Translations under genes and position numbers: made by a program
Notes under the pieces: generated by a model
Database searches by the model: none
What the model was told of the DNA's origin: nothing
Seen by the model: only the letters and a program-made list of their open reading frames with translations
NCBI GenBank assembly: GCA_023898425.1
Contig: CP060222.1
Location: forward strand, 90,001-122,000
Direction: 5' to 3'
Source of the DNA: Candidatus Saccharimonadota bacterium
GTDB lineage: Bacteria; Patescibacteriota; Patescibacteriia; 2-12-FULL-60-25
DNA length: 32,000 nt
Shown here: piece by piece, positions 24,342 through 32,000 of the stretch
Layout: each line of letters begins with the position of its first letter
Position numbering within the stretch: position 1 is the first letter of the stretch

Positions 24342-24547
24342 AGTGATTACACCTGCCTTTCTGTTTGGTCGTCGCACTTAGCGTGTGATCGAGCGCGTGA
24401 TGTTGATTCACGCATGCACCAAATAGTATAACACATCTTTTTCTATTTGTGTGTGAAGTGTAGCCTGTGGATTATTTTTTTTTCGAAAAAAATTTTCTTG
24501 CTCTAAACAAAAAAGAAAAATGAAAATCATTTCTCTGTAGAATATGG

Positions 24548-24585
24548 CACCTCATCTTAAGAAATATTTTTCTTAAGATGAGGTG
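24548..24585. repeat. perfect 17-bp-arm palindrome in an AT-rich intergenic region
   Basis: CACCTCATCTTAAGAAA-tatt-TTTCTTAAGATGAGGTG. Confidence 0.8.
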
Positions 24586-24818
24586 ATGAAAACAACATAA
24601 GATGGGTGTATATTTTTTTGATGATGAAAAAAATTGAAGTGTGAACTTCGTAAAAAAAAAGAAGGGGATAGGTAGGGCATCTTGACAATAGCCGTTTATT
24701 ATGTCACCGTGTAGGCGGATATCACGTGCGAGAAGCCTCAAGGTTTTGTGGGTCAGGCGCAAACGGTTATCCTGACTCATTATTGTTTCTTGGGCTTTCG
24801 AGCCCATTGTACACGCAC

Positions 24819-25076
24819 ATGTCTGCAAAATTGTTTGTCGGCGGCGTTCCATTCCGTGCTACGGAAGAGGAAATCCGCGACCACTTCGCTCAAGCTGGTG
24901 AGGTTGTAGAGGTATTCATCCCTCTCGATCGCGAAACTCGTCGTCCTCGTGGCTTCGTTTTCGTCACTATGGCTGACGAAGCTTCGGCTGAAAAAGCTAT
25001 TGAAATGTTCAACGAACAGGACTTTGGCGGCCGTCAGATCAAGGTTAACCTCGCGCTTCCACAAGAACGCCGTTAA
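24819..25076 (+). CDS. RRM-type (RNP-1/RNP-2) RNA-binding protein
   Basis: ATG at 24819 gives MSAKLFVGGVPF (RNP-2) ... RGFVFVTM (RNP-1). About 85 aa. It has a long structured 5' leader, for example GGGCT-ttcg-AGCCC at 24792-24805. Confidence 0.88.
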   Translation: MSAKLFVGGVPFRATEEEIRDHFAQAGEVVEVFIPLDRETRRPRGFVFVTMADEASAEKAIEMFNEQDFGGRQIKVNLALPQERR

Positions 25077-25085
25077 TCTTATCTC

Positions 25086-25114
25086 AAAAAAACCACTCGC
25101 AAGAGTGGTTTTTT
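25086..25114. terminator. bidirectional terminator between the RRM gene and gatB
   Basis: AAAAAAACCACTC-gcaa-GAGTGGTTTTTT. Confidence 0.8.
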
Positions 25115-25137
25115 GTTTGCTACTTATTATGTGTTTT

Positions 25138-26643
25138 TTATACGATCCCGAGTTGTTTCTTAAGCTCTTCTTCTGCGAGCTCAGGATTAATGCGTCCTTC
25201 TGTTGCTTTCATGACACAACCAACAAACCATTTAACGAGTTTTACTTCACCATTTTTTATCTGTTCTGTTTGTTGTGGGTTTTGTGTGATTAAGCGCTCA
25301 ACCGTTTCTGTGATCATGGCAGGATCGCTAATTTGTCCAAGCGTATGGTCTTCCATGAGCTGGCTTGGATCGGCGCCACTATCAACCATGAGAGCAAGAA
25401 GCTTTTGTGCATTCGTGCTACTTACCGCTCCTTCGTAGACAAGTTTTACAAACTCAGCAAAATTTTCTGGAGTGATGCGTAGATCCTCAAAGGAGATTTC
25501 TTTTTGTGTGAGAATGGCAGGTAGCTTGCTTAAGAGCCAGCCACTCATAAGTTTCGAGAGCTTAGAAATATCTGCGTCAATATTTGCCGCATTCATCCAA
25601 GCTTTTAATTCACTCATGATTTGATCAGCAAAATCCGTCCAGCCATTACTTACAATGAGTTTTACGTCATCAGCGGTAAATTGATACTCCTCAACAAGAC
25701 GTGCACGTTTTGCAGCAGGAAGTTCTGGGAGACGTGTCTTTTCTTGTTCGCGAATTGCGCTAAGGACAAGTGGTGGTAAGTCTGGTTCAGGAAAGTAGCG
25801 ATAGTCGGCGCTATTTTCTTTGCTACGTTGTTCAAAGGTTTTGCCGGTATTTTCATCCCAGCCACGTGTTGCGCCTTGAGGGATTTCGCCTCGGTCATGC
25901 ATTTCGTTTTGACGTGCAATCTCATACGTTAATGCATGCTCTACTGAACGGAATGAGTTCAGATTTTTGATCTCTACTTTTGGATTGAACTCATCTTGAA
26001 GACGGCGACCATTTTCGTCGACTTCTAAAAGCGAGATATTTGCGTCACAACGCATATGGCCTTTTTCCATGTCAGCAGCAGATGAGCCGATCGCGCGTAG
26101 AATGTTTTGCATCTCTTGTACGTATGCTTTTGCTTCGGCTGGTGAGCGCAGATCAGGTTCGCTTACAATCTCAATCAAAGGAGAGCCGCCTCGGTTATAA
26201 TCAACAAGTGTGGCTTGAGAGGCGCCATCATGTGAATTCTTTGCGGCGTCTTCTTCGAGATGGGCGCGTGTAATGCCTACGCGAATACGATCTCTCGGAG
26301 CTTCTTGTCCCGGAACATCAATCCAGAGCTCGCCATCAATACAAATTGGGTGATCAAATTGGGAGATCTGGTAGCCTTTTGGTAAGTCGGGATAAAAGTA
26401 GTTTTTGCGATCAAAGTGTGCCTCATCAGGGATACGGCATCCAAGGGCAAGACCTAGGCGTACACCGAGGTGAACAGCTTCTTGGTTAACGGCAGGCAAT
26501 GCTCCTGGCTGACCCGTACATATGGGGCAAATAGCTGTATTTGGTGCGGTGGCATCGTCAACATTAGGGCAAGAGCAAAACATTTTGCTCTTGGTTTTAA
26601 GTCGGGCATGGATTTCGAGGCCGATAATGGTAATACGAGGCAT
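25138..26643 (-). CDS. gatB: Asp-tRNA(Asn)/Glu-tRNA(Gln) amidotransferase subunit B
   Basis: 501 aa. IGLEIHARLKTKSKMFCSC, RVGITRAHLEEDAAK, and a C-terminal YqeY-like tail. Confidence 0.93.
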   Translation of the reverse strand: MPRITIIGLEIHARLKTKSKMFCSCPNVDDATAPNTAICPICTGQPGALPAVNQEAVHLGVRLGLALGCRIPDEAHFDRKNYFYPDLPKGYQISQFDHPICIDGELWIDVPGQEAPRDRIRVGITRAHLEEDAAKNSHDGASQATLVDYNRGGSPLIEIVSEPDLRSPAEAKAYVQEMQNILRAIGSSAADMEKGHMRCDANISLLEVDENGRRLQDEFNPKVEIKNLNSFRSVEHALTYEIARQNEMHDRGEIPQGATRGWDENTGKTFEQRSKENSADYRYFPEPDLPPLVLSAIREQEKTRLPELPAAKRARLVEEYQFTADDVKLIVSNGWTDFADQIMSELKAWMNAANIDADISKLSKLMSGWLLSKLPAILTQKEISFEDLRITPENFAEFVKLVYEGAVSSTNAQKLLALMVDSGADPSQLMEDHTLGQISDPAMITETVERLITQNPQQTEQIKNGEVKLVKWFVGCVMKATEGRINPELAEEELKKQLGIV

Positions 26644-26689
26644 AGAATACAGAGTTTTTACCCCGTTTACCGTTTGGGGTCAATTAAGC

Positions 26690-26715
26690 AAAATCCCCGC
26701 AAGAGCGGGGATTTT
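26690..26715 (-). terminator. intrinsic terminator of the membrane-protein gene
   Basis: Minus strand: AAAATCCCCGC-tctt-GCGGGGATTTT. Confidence 0.75.
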
Positions 26716-26734
26716 GATCAAACCAAGAAGGGGA

Positions 26735-27469
26735 TTAAGCCGTTTCTTTGAGGTTCTTATAAAGACGAACCGTAAAAATAAGAAAGAGTGGGATAAAGAA
26801 GGATTGGACAACAGCGCTAAGCATTTGACCAAATGAGCTTGTAGAAGCTTCTGAAGCTTGGCCGAGACCACCAACAAGTAAGCCGATAAAGGCACCAAGG
26901 ATGAGGGTAACAAGAACCATCAAAATACCAAAGACAAGGCCACTTGCGAGACTGCGCCAGAAGGCTGCCCACCAGCGCCCTTTAACAAGTTCAGATGAGC
27001 GTTTAAGTGCTTCAACACCTCTTTTGTCTTCATCAAGAAGTACGACATTAGCAAAGGCAAGACGACCTGCAAGCCAAATACCTGGGATAATAAGCAAAAT
27101 GGTCGCACCTAAAATAGCAAAACCTTGAATAATACCAACCCAGATTGCCGGCCAAAAGTATTTCCAGCCAATAGCATTGTCGAGTGCTGTTACTTTTTGA
27201 TCGGCTGCTTTTCTTAATAAAGCATGTGTAAAGCTATTTGATGTATGAATCAAGAGAACAGAGCTTGCAATGGTAAAAAGCAAGAAAATAACGGTATTCG
27301 TTGGAGTAAAATCTGTAGCCGTTTTTACAATAAAAGCACCAGGAAGTGCCGCGATAATGTTTGCAATCAAAAAGCGTACAGCACCTTCAAGATTAAAGCG
27401 CCAATCATTACGAAATTGGTCCCAGCTCGTTCGGATGAGCTCGCCGGCGGAGATGAGGGGTTTATTCAT
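26735..27469 (-). CDS. polytopic membrane protein (DUF975-like), hypothetical
   Basis: ATG at 27469 gives MNKPLISAGELIRTSWDQF... followed by about 5-6 TM helices. The ORF-track extension to 27694 overlaps the neighbouring kinase gene and is rejected. Confidence 0.6.
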   Translation of the reverse strand: MNKPLISAGELIRTSWDQFRNDWRFNLEGAVRFLIANIIAALPGAFIVKTATDFTPTNTVIFLLFTIASSVLLIHTSNSFTHALLRKAADQKVTALDNAIGWKYFWPAIWVGIIQGFAILGATILLIIPGIWLAGRLAFANVVLLDEDKRGVEALKRSSELVKGRWWAAFWRSLASGLVFGILMVLVTLILGAFIGLLVGGLGQASEASTSSFGQMLSAVVQSFFIPLFLIFTVRLYKNLKETA

Positions 27470-27527
27470 ATGATCTAATCTTAGCAAAAATAGGTAAAAA
27501 TATAAAGAACCCCCAGTGATGGGGGCT

Positions 27528-28253
27528 CTATCCGAGATAGGGTGCGAGCGCCGTGAAGACTCGCTCAAAATTTTCTTGTTTTGAACCCTGCACGCCAATA
27601 TCAATGATACGAGTACCTTGATCTGTGAAGATTTTTCGCAGTTCTTGGGAATGATAGTTGGTGCGACAGGCGTCTTGAACAGCCTCTGCATCAAAGATCG
27701 AAGGATCTTCTTTTGGTCCGCGTGCCTTACGTCGACGCTCAGCTTCTTTGTTGGAGATGCTGAGGACGAGGAGGGCTTTTGGCGCGTATCTGAGTTCGAG
27801 TTGGTTACCCGGCTCGCTCATGATCTCATCGAGGGTGATCGATGGATCAACTGCAGGCTGATAGGCGAGCGAAGACGAGAGTCCTCGCACCTGAATGACT
27901 GTGCCACCAGTTTTGAGAAACGGGATCACAAGTTGCTCATAGAGCGCTAAGCGATCTTCACCGTACATCTTCACAAGTGTGCGTTGACTCGTCTGACTAC
28001 CAGGTACGATGTGGTCACGTAGGCGATAGGATGCGCCTCTATGCGTCACATAGCTTGGTTCGCAGACGAGTAAGAACTCGGCTTTTAGTACATCAGGATG
28101 ATCGGGCAGCGGTAGCTGTCCGTACTCCTTCTGAAACTCGATCGCATCAAAAACGCGACGTCCGCCTTGGGCGAGTGTGTCGAGAATGGTGCGGGCAAGG
28201 GTGTCCTTGCCGGCGCCGTCAATTGCTTCGAAGACAAATATTTTGGAGTTCAT
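27528..28253 (-). CDS. thymidylate-kinase-family (dNMP kinase-like) P-loop protein
   Basis: FVFEAIDGAGKDT (compare Tmk EGxDGxGKTT), with ..EDRL.. at the DR(Y/H) position. GC-rich. The start overlaps the folA stop. Confidence 0.65.
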   Translation of the reverse strand: MNSKIFVFEAIDGAGKDTLARTILDTLAQGGRRVFDAIEFQKEYGQLPLPDHPDVLKAEFLLVCEPSYVTHRGASYRLRDHIVPGSQTSQRTLVKMYGEDRLALYEQLVIPFLKTGGTVIQVRGLSSSLAYQPAVDPSITLDEIMSEPGNQLELRYAPKALLVLSISNKEAERRRKARGPKEDPSIFDAEAVQDACRTNYHSQELRKIFTDQGTRIIDIGVQGSKQENFERVFTALAPYLG

Positions 28254-28750
28254 GTGGCTACCACTCGATGATACGTCGCGAAGTGATATCCGTCACCTCG
28301 GACGACGGTGTCGGTCTCAAGCTTCCAGATCTTGCGGTCGAGGGGCTTGAAGAAGACGTCGCCGTTCATGTCGTTCACGATGCGCGTGAGGTAGACAGTG
28401 TCTGCATAGGGCAGGGCGGCATTGTAGATGTCGCCACCGCCGATAATGCAGACCTCCGGTACCAGTAGCACGTCGAGCGCCGTCTCGAGCGAAGGCGCCA
28501 CGAAAGCGCCCTTGAGCGAGAGGTTACTCTGTCGCGAGATCACCACATTGATCCGTCCCGGCAAGGGCCGAAACTTCTCCGGAAGTGAGTTCCAGGTCTT
28601 GCGACCCATGACATTGGGCTTACCCATGGTCAGCTCGCGAAAGCGCTTCATGTCTTCTTTGATGGGACCCCAGGGGATACCACCATCGGCGCCGATGACG
28701 TCGCGGTTATTTGCCGCGACGATGAGGGAGATTTTGCTTTTTCCGTACAT
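28250..28750 (-). CDS. folA: dihydrofolate reductase
   Basis: ISLIVAANNRDVIGADGGIPW, MGRKTWNSLP, GRINVVISR, IGGGDIY. Strong SD (AAGGAGA) upstream. Confidence 0.9.
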   Translation of the reverse strand: MYGKSKISLIVAANNRDVIGADGGIPWGPIKEDMKRFRELTMGKPNVMGRKTWNSLPEKFRPLPGRINVVISRQSNLSLKGAFVAPSLETALDVLLVPEVCIIGGGDIYNAALPYADTVYLTRIVNDMNGDVFFKPLDRKIWKLETDTVVRGDGYHFATYHRVVAT

Positions 28751-28768
28751 GTGGTTCTCCTTGCTCCT

Positions 28769-29671
28769 TCAGATGGCGACTTCCATCTTGATGGCGGGGT
28801 CATGCTCGTAGCCGACGAGCTTGGTCATAGTGTGATCCCAATCGAAGATCGATGTCGATTCTCCGGTGGTGACGATGGTCGGCGGTTGATGTCGCTCGGG
28901 ATCGCGAGAGAGCTGTTCGCGTGCACCTTCGAGATGGTTCTCGTAGATATGCACGTCGTTGAGATGTCCCACGAGTCTGCCGACCGGCATTCCGAGATCG
29001 CGCGCGATCAAATGCTGCAAGAGCGCGTAGGAGGCGATGTTGAAGGGGATGCCGAGCATCAGGTCGCAAGACCGCTGACTCCAGAGCAGGTTCAGCTTTC
29101 CACCGATGGTGGTGAGCTGAAAGCTCGTGTGGCAAGCGGGTAGCGCCATCATGTCGAGCTGACTTGGATTCCAAGCCATCACGATAACACGGCGATTCGA
29201 CGGATCCCGGCGCATGGCGTCGATAGCGTTCTTGAGCTGATCGATGCCCATACCGGTATAGTCCGCCAGGTGGCCGTTGTATTCGGCATTCCAATGTCTC
29301 CATTGAAAGCCGTAGACAGGGCCGAGGTCACGTTCGTTGAGTTGGAACGCGTCCTTCTCCTTCTTCATCCTGTCCGCCTTGAGTTCGGGAGGAATGATGT
29401 CGGCTCGACACCATTGGTTCCAGATATAGCACTTGCGATTTTGATACCATTGCTTGTCGGTGATACCGTTAATGAATCCTTCGAGTTCTACAGCCATCGA
29501 CTCAAAGAACAGCTTCTTGGTGGTGATGGCGGGAAACCCGAGCGAAGCATCGCAGGTGAAGCTCGCGCCGGCGATTTTGACGGCGCTAACTCCTGTCCGA
29601 TTGGGCTCCAGGGAGCCGGTATTGAGTACGTCCTCGATGATGCGATGATATTCGGATGTTGGAGTGGTCAC
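28769..29671 (-). CDS. thyA: thymidylate synthase (ThyA family, divergent)
   Basis: RTGVSA.., DLGPVYGFQWRHW, ALPACHTSFQL, QRSCDLMLGIPFNIASYALL (Asn retained, implying a dUMP substrate). GTG start preceded by AAGGAG. Confidence 0.85.
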   Translation of the reverse strand: MTTPTSEYHRIIEDVLNTGSLEPNRTGVSAVKIAGASFTCDASLGFPAITTKKLFFESMAVELEGFINGITDKQWYQNRKCYIWNQWCRADIIPPELKADRMKKEKDAFQLNERDLGPVYGFQWRHWNAEYNGHLADYTGMGIDQLKNAIDAMRRDPSNRRVIVMAWNPSQLDMMALPACHTSFQLTTIGGKLNLLWSQRSCDLMLGIPFNIASYALLQHLIARDLGMPVGRLVGHLNDVHIYENHLEGAREQLSRDPERHQPPTIVTTGESTSIFDWDHTMTKLVGYEHDPAIKMEVAI

Positions 29672-29799
29672 TGGTAGCTCCTTGGTTTTCTAATGTCCGT
29701 TCCGGCCAGCATGGCTAGATCGCAACGACCTTAGCGATTTGTCGCTCTCGAGGCAAGTCGAGTCTTGACCCAGTCTTTTGTCTATGTGATCCACGCGGT

Positions 29800-30366
29800 A
29801 TGATGCTCAAATATATGCCATCTCTTATTATTGGTCTTGTAGGCCCAGCTGGATGCGGCAAAGGTACAGTTGCCGACATTTTACAAAAAGAACACGGTGC
29901 TGGTTATGTTCGTTTTAGTGCCATTCTTAGTACTATTTTAGAAGCTTTAGCACTCGATAAGTCGCGTGATGAGTTTGTTCGTCTTTCGGAGGTATTACGA
30001 AAAGAATTTGGTGAAGACATCTTGTCTCATGCTGTTGTTCGTCAAACGCTACTGTCTGACAAAGAGATTGTTGTTGTGGATGGTATTCGCCGATTAGAAG
30101 ATATTATGGCATTTGAGCCTTTACCTCAGTTTGTTTTGATAGGTGTTGATGCCCCAGCAGAAATCCGCTTTGAACGTATGAAAAAACGCGGTGAAAAGGC
30201 AACTGAGTCTGATATGACATGGGAGCAGTTTCAACGAGAAGAGCAAGCGCCCACGGAGACTACGATCCCTGCTGTCATGAAACGAGCTACTATCACACTT
30301 GATAATTCAGGCACGCAAGAAGAGTTGGTAAAAAAGATCGAAGCATTTCTACAAACGTTAAAATAA
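29800..30366 (+). CDS. P-loop nucleotide/nucleoside kinase (dephospho-CoA-kinase / dNMP-kinase-like)
   Basis: IIGLVGPAGCGKGTVA is a Walker A motif. About 185 aa with host-like GC. The start could be M1 or M6. Confidence 0.6.
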   Translation: MMLKYMPSLIIGLVGPAGCGKGTVADILQKEHGAGYVRFSAILSTILEALALDKSRDEFVRLSEVLRKEFGEDILSHAVVRQTLLSDKEIVVVDGIRRLEDIMAFEPLPQFVLIGVDAPAEIRFERMKKRGEKATESDMTWEQFQREEQAPTETTIPAVMKRATITLDNSGTQEELVKKIEAFLQTLK

Positions 30367-30371
30367 GAAAG

Positions 30372-30398
30372 ACCCTGCGCCATATGGTGCAGGGTTTT
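30372..30398. terminator. bidirectional terminator
   Basis: ACCCTGCGCCAT/ATGGTGCAGGGT hairpin followed by TTTT. Confidence 0.7.
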
Positions 30399-30420
30399 GT
30401 ATTTCTCTTGCGAGAAACGT

Positions 30421-31767
30421 TCAGTTGAAGGTTATTGGCTTGATGCCAACGATGATGTTTTTCTTTGCATACGTGAGGTGCACGCACACATACTTTTTTT
30501 CGATCCCCGAAGGGAGCGAAAACTCGAATTCAGAAAGAAGTCGCTTATTGATACGCGTAATGATTTTACGCGTAGGTTTTTGTGCAGGGCAGCCAAAGGC
30601 GCCTTTACCAAAAGTGATCGGTTTCTCTACGCTCTTGTCGTAGTAACGAAACGGATGAAACTCCTCTGGAGATTCGAAGAGGTCAGGATCGTGATTGATG
30701 CCCATGGTGAAGACACCAATGAACCCCTTGTCAGGGAGTCTCCACGTCTTATCGCCAATCGTCACTTCTTGTGCGCTATCGGGATTGCGAATCACAGAAG
30801 AGATTGGATTGATACGAATCGTCTCTGTGAGGCAGTGCTCGAGAAGAGTCTGACGTTCGTTATCGGTTGACGCCGCGAACGCCTGGAGCACCTCGGTATT
30901 ACCTAAGATGTCCACCATATTCCACATGCCGTAGGCACCGGGATAGGTCATGGCATTCCACACCGTCCACATCACGAACCACGGAAGATCGCGATCGTTG
31001 ATAGGTGCATCATTGACGATAACCTTGCGCATCTCTTTGTAGAACCATGTCTGTTGGACCTCTGGGTCTTGCATGGCAGTACGAAGAAAAGTTTCGACGC
31101 GCTTAGTGGCACGGTATTTGCTATCAAGTCGACCACGAAGGATGGTCCCAGTGGTGTGCGGGATCTCAATACCATCGGCAATCTCGCGCATATCCTTACG
31201 GATAGTGCGAATCTTGACCCACAAATCCATACCAAGAATGGCGGCGCACGCAGCCTCGTGATAGAGCTCAACGAGTTCGGTGGTAAAGTTGATAGCCTCT
31301 TGATGACGCCATGTCTCGAGATAGGTCTCAAGCACGGCATCAATCGAGCTATCCATCTGCTGGACTCGATCCTTTGAGAAAAGGACATTGGCCATGAACT
31401 GACGTCCAGGAATCACGAGCTTCTGCACGTAGTCTGGATCATCTGATGTCTTATCAAACCAGTATCCCACCGTAGGGATTTTGGCGATAACAGCACCGAT
31501 ACGCATTCGGTCGGCTGGCTGCTTCATGAACCAGTCTTAAAAGGCGCGCGGTGAATAGGTCTTGTCTCCGAAGAGATACGTCAGGTCAAAAACACCTGCG
31601 TTCCAGATAGACACCGGACCATACTTTGCCGAGGTTTCTTTTGCGAGACCAACCGGATTGAAGATGATGTTGGGAATTCTGGATGCTGACAACACGCGAT
31701 TGATGACACCTTGTCCTGGTGCAGCATAGTTGGGGGTAAGGACGACAGGAGTCGTTTGCTGATTCAC
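30421..31767 (-). pseudogene. cytochrome P450 interrupted by a single in-frame TAA
   Basis: The ORFs 31537..31767 (N-terminal 76 aa, GTG start after AAAGAGG) and 30421..31527 (368 aa) are in the same frame, separated only by TAA (31537-39) and three codons. The ExxR motif (ETIR) and the heme loop FGKGAFGCPAQ are present. The combined length of about 448 aa is typical of a P450. Confidence 0.8.
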
Positions 31768-31932
31768 GGGAACCTCTTTGTCTTTTGTTTTGACACATGA
31801 TGACCTGTTTTTAAGTGCACGAACGTTTATCGTTTGCTTAGAAACATGTCATCGGCGAGGAGTATATCTTGTGAGTATTCGTCCTACAATCAAAATGGCA
31901 TATTTTTTGTGGATAAATATTTTTCTTCAAAG

Positions 31933-31964
31933 AAAAAAAAGCAGCAAACATTTTGTTTGCTGCT
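31933..31964 (-). terminator. intrinsic terminator of a minus-strand gene that ends near 31978 (gene body lies off-window)
   Basis: Minus strand: GCAGCAAAC-aaaat-GTTTGCTGC followed by TTTTTTTT. Confidence 0.6.
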
Positions 31965-32000
31965 AGGTCTTATCAAGTCATTTCGCAAATGTACGGAAGA

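Noticed and set aside
24472-24852. 126-aa minus-strand ORF in the AT-rich intergenic region.
   Set aside because: It runs through poly-A/T tracts and the 38-nt palindrome, overlaps the RRM gene start, and gives a Phe/Lys-rich nonsense peptide.
28751-29677. ORFs 28751..29143(+), 28800..29303(-), 29270..29677(+) and 29454..29648(+) within thyA, and 27977..28468(+) and 28428..28811(+) within tmk-like/folA.
   Set aside because: They are shadow ORFs of GC-rich genes. The minus-strand frames encode canonical ThyA, FolA and Tmk-like motifs.
30397-31388. ORFs 30397..30870(+), 30972..31388(-, other frame), 31054..31377(+) and 31586..31798(-).
   Set aside because: They overlap the P450 reading frame, which carries the diagnostic ExxR and heme-loop motifs, and they have no motifs of their own.
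31537-31539. In-frame TAA in the P450 as evidence for stop-codon reassignment.
   Set aside because: TAA is used as a normal terminator by many well-supported genes in this window, for example metG and the 764-aa LTD gene. No other gene shows internal TAA codons.

Overview
The window looks like a chromosomal fragment from a low-GC, small-genome bacterium whose native genes mostly lack Shine-Dalgarno sequences. The style resembles CPR/Patescibacteria, but that taxon is only a guess. The backbone is housekeeping: fba (partial), a PfkB kinase, rsmE, clpB with a CIRCE operator, rsmI, metG, cvpA-like, tatD, a MutY/Nth-like glycosylase, an SNF2 helicase, ppa, an FNR-like reductase, tRNA-Ile and tRNA-Gly, a large secreted LTD protein, a lexA-dinB operon, an H1-like lysine-rich protein, an RRM protein and gatB. 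Three visibly GC-richer, foreign-looking patches interrupt it.

The standout is the locus at about 13.79-16.59 kb. It holds a 544-aa GC-rich ORF with IS110-type motifs (DEDD RuvC-like domain plus Transposase_20 domain). Plus-strand structured-RNA modules flank it on both sides: three full 119-124 nt two-loop modules and at least three partial ones. Each loop is a conserved stem, supported by compensatory changes between copies. The stem encloses a GTCGAAAGAC mini-hairpin flanked by two 9-10 nt segments that differ almost completely between copies. This matches the published architecture of IS110 bridge RNAs (two loops with two guides each), but here it is multiplied into an array with no constant loop. 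In my by-eye alignment the protein also appears to have lost the first catalytic Asp and the catalytic Ser. I read this as a possibly domesticated or novel multi-guide bridge-RNA-like system.

The other two patches are a GC-rich tmk-like/folA/thyA cassette with strong SD sites and a cytochrome P450 interrupted by one in-frame TAA. All homology calls come from motif recognition by eye; no searches were run.
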